From NCBI GenBank assembly GCA_045656285.1, contig JAZOQY010000041.1, positions 65,307-129,306 of the forward strand: a stretch of 64,000 nt of DNA, given 5' to 3'. Shown here piece after piece: positions 63,619-64,000 of the stretch (its first letter is position 1; each line of letters opens with the position of its first letter). This DNA comes from Kiritimatiellia bacterium (GTDB taxonomy: Bacteria > Verrucomicrobiota > Kiritimatiellia > RFP12 > UBA1067). A program made the translations under genes and the position numbers. The notes below the pieces were generated by a model. That model was not told where the DNA came from. It was given only the letters and a program-made list of their open reading frames with translations, and did not search any database.

Positions 63619-64000
63619 ATGAGAGTTGTATTCATGGGATCGTCCGACGCCTCGGCGGTTTGCCTCAGAGCGATAATGCGAGAGCGCGAACTTGAAGTAG
63701 TCGGTGTTGTAACCCAGCCGGATCGTCCGGCCGGTCGCGGCAAGGCGTTGACGCCCTGTCCGTGCAAGGCTTTTGCCAGCGAACAGGGTGTTGCCGAAAT
63801 CATCACCCCCGTCGATGTGAATTCCGATGAGGCGCTGGCCAAGATCCGCGAGTGGAATCCCGACGTGATCGCCGTCGTCGCCTTCGGGCAATTCCTCAAG
63901 GCCCCGCTTCTCAACCTCCCGATTGCGGGCTGCATCAACTGCCACTTCTCGCTTCTGCCCAAATATCGCGGGGCTTCCCCCGTCGTGTCGGCTTTGGCCG
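63619..64000 (+). CDS. fmt: Methionyl-tRNA formyltransferase, N-terminal 127 codons (runs off the right edge)
   Basis: Not in the ORF track because it is open-ended. Hand translation gives MRVVFMGSSDASAVCLRAIMRERELEVVGVVTQPDRPAGRGKAL...INCHFSLLPKYRGASPV, which contains the N-x-H-x-SLLP-x-YRG motif. Confidence 0.85.
   Translation, partial: MRVVFMGSSDASAVCLRAIMRERELEVVGVVTQPDRPAGRGKALTPCPCKAFASEQGVAEIITPVDVNSDEALAKIREWNPDVIAVVAFGQFLKAPLLNLPIAGCINCHFSLLPKYRGASPVVSALA

Overview
This is a gene-dense, GC-rich bacterial chromosomal segment. Hand-counted 60-nt lines mostly give about 55-70% GC. I call about 61 protein genes and one tRNA, nearly all housekeeping. Strand layout: 1-41.4 kb minus, 41.6-50.8 kb plus, 50.8-63.5 kb minus, then a partial fmt on plus at the right edge. 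The organism is a diderm, shown by lpxI-lpxB-lpxL, a MacAB-TolC-type efflux operon, a TolB-like protein and beta-barrel OMPs. A PVC-type lineage (Lentisphaerota, Kiritimatiellota or Verrucomicrobiota) is only a guess, based on a MurC-MurB fusion, a V-type ATPase B subunit, PEGA and FHA envelope proteins and scattered pathway genes. Recognisable genes include dinG (partial), HIT, gatCA, argJ, fusA, birA, murC-murB, yebC, infA, parC-like, lysS, rnfDG, hisF, ftsH, cdaA, ftsK, tlyA, metG, nadD, proC and fmt (partial). I saw no rRNA, CRISPR array, transposase, integrase, phage gene, toxin-antitoxin pair or recognisable defence gene. I cannot point to a convincing self-contained novel system. The best leads are: (1) a conserved extended -10 element (TTTGGTATAAT) that in 7-10 cases sits 6-10 nt from an ATG, predicting widespread leaderless mRNAs; (2) an rnfD-rnfG pair embedded in a lipid A operon without the other Rnf subunits; (3) a singleton V-ATPase B subunit; (4) cdaA translationally coupled to a 48-codon stub resembling only the membrane anchor of CdaR; (5) a T2SS-F/TadC-like, FHA, PEGA and TlyA gene string with no secretion ATPase nearby. 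Two partial genes, dinG and fmt, are absent from the ORF track and were found by hand translation. The many long antisense ORFs in the track are GC-driven shadow ORFs.
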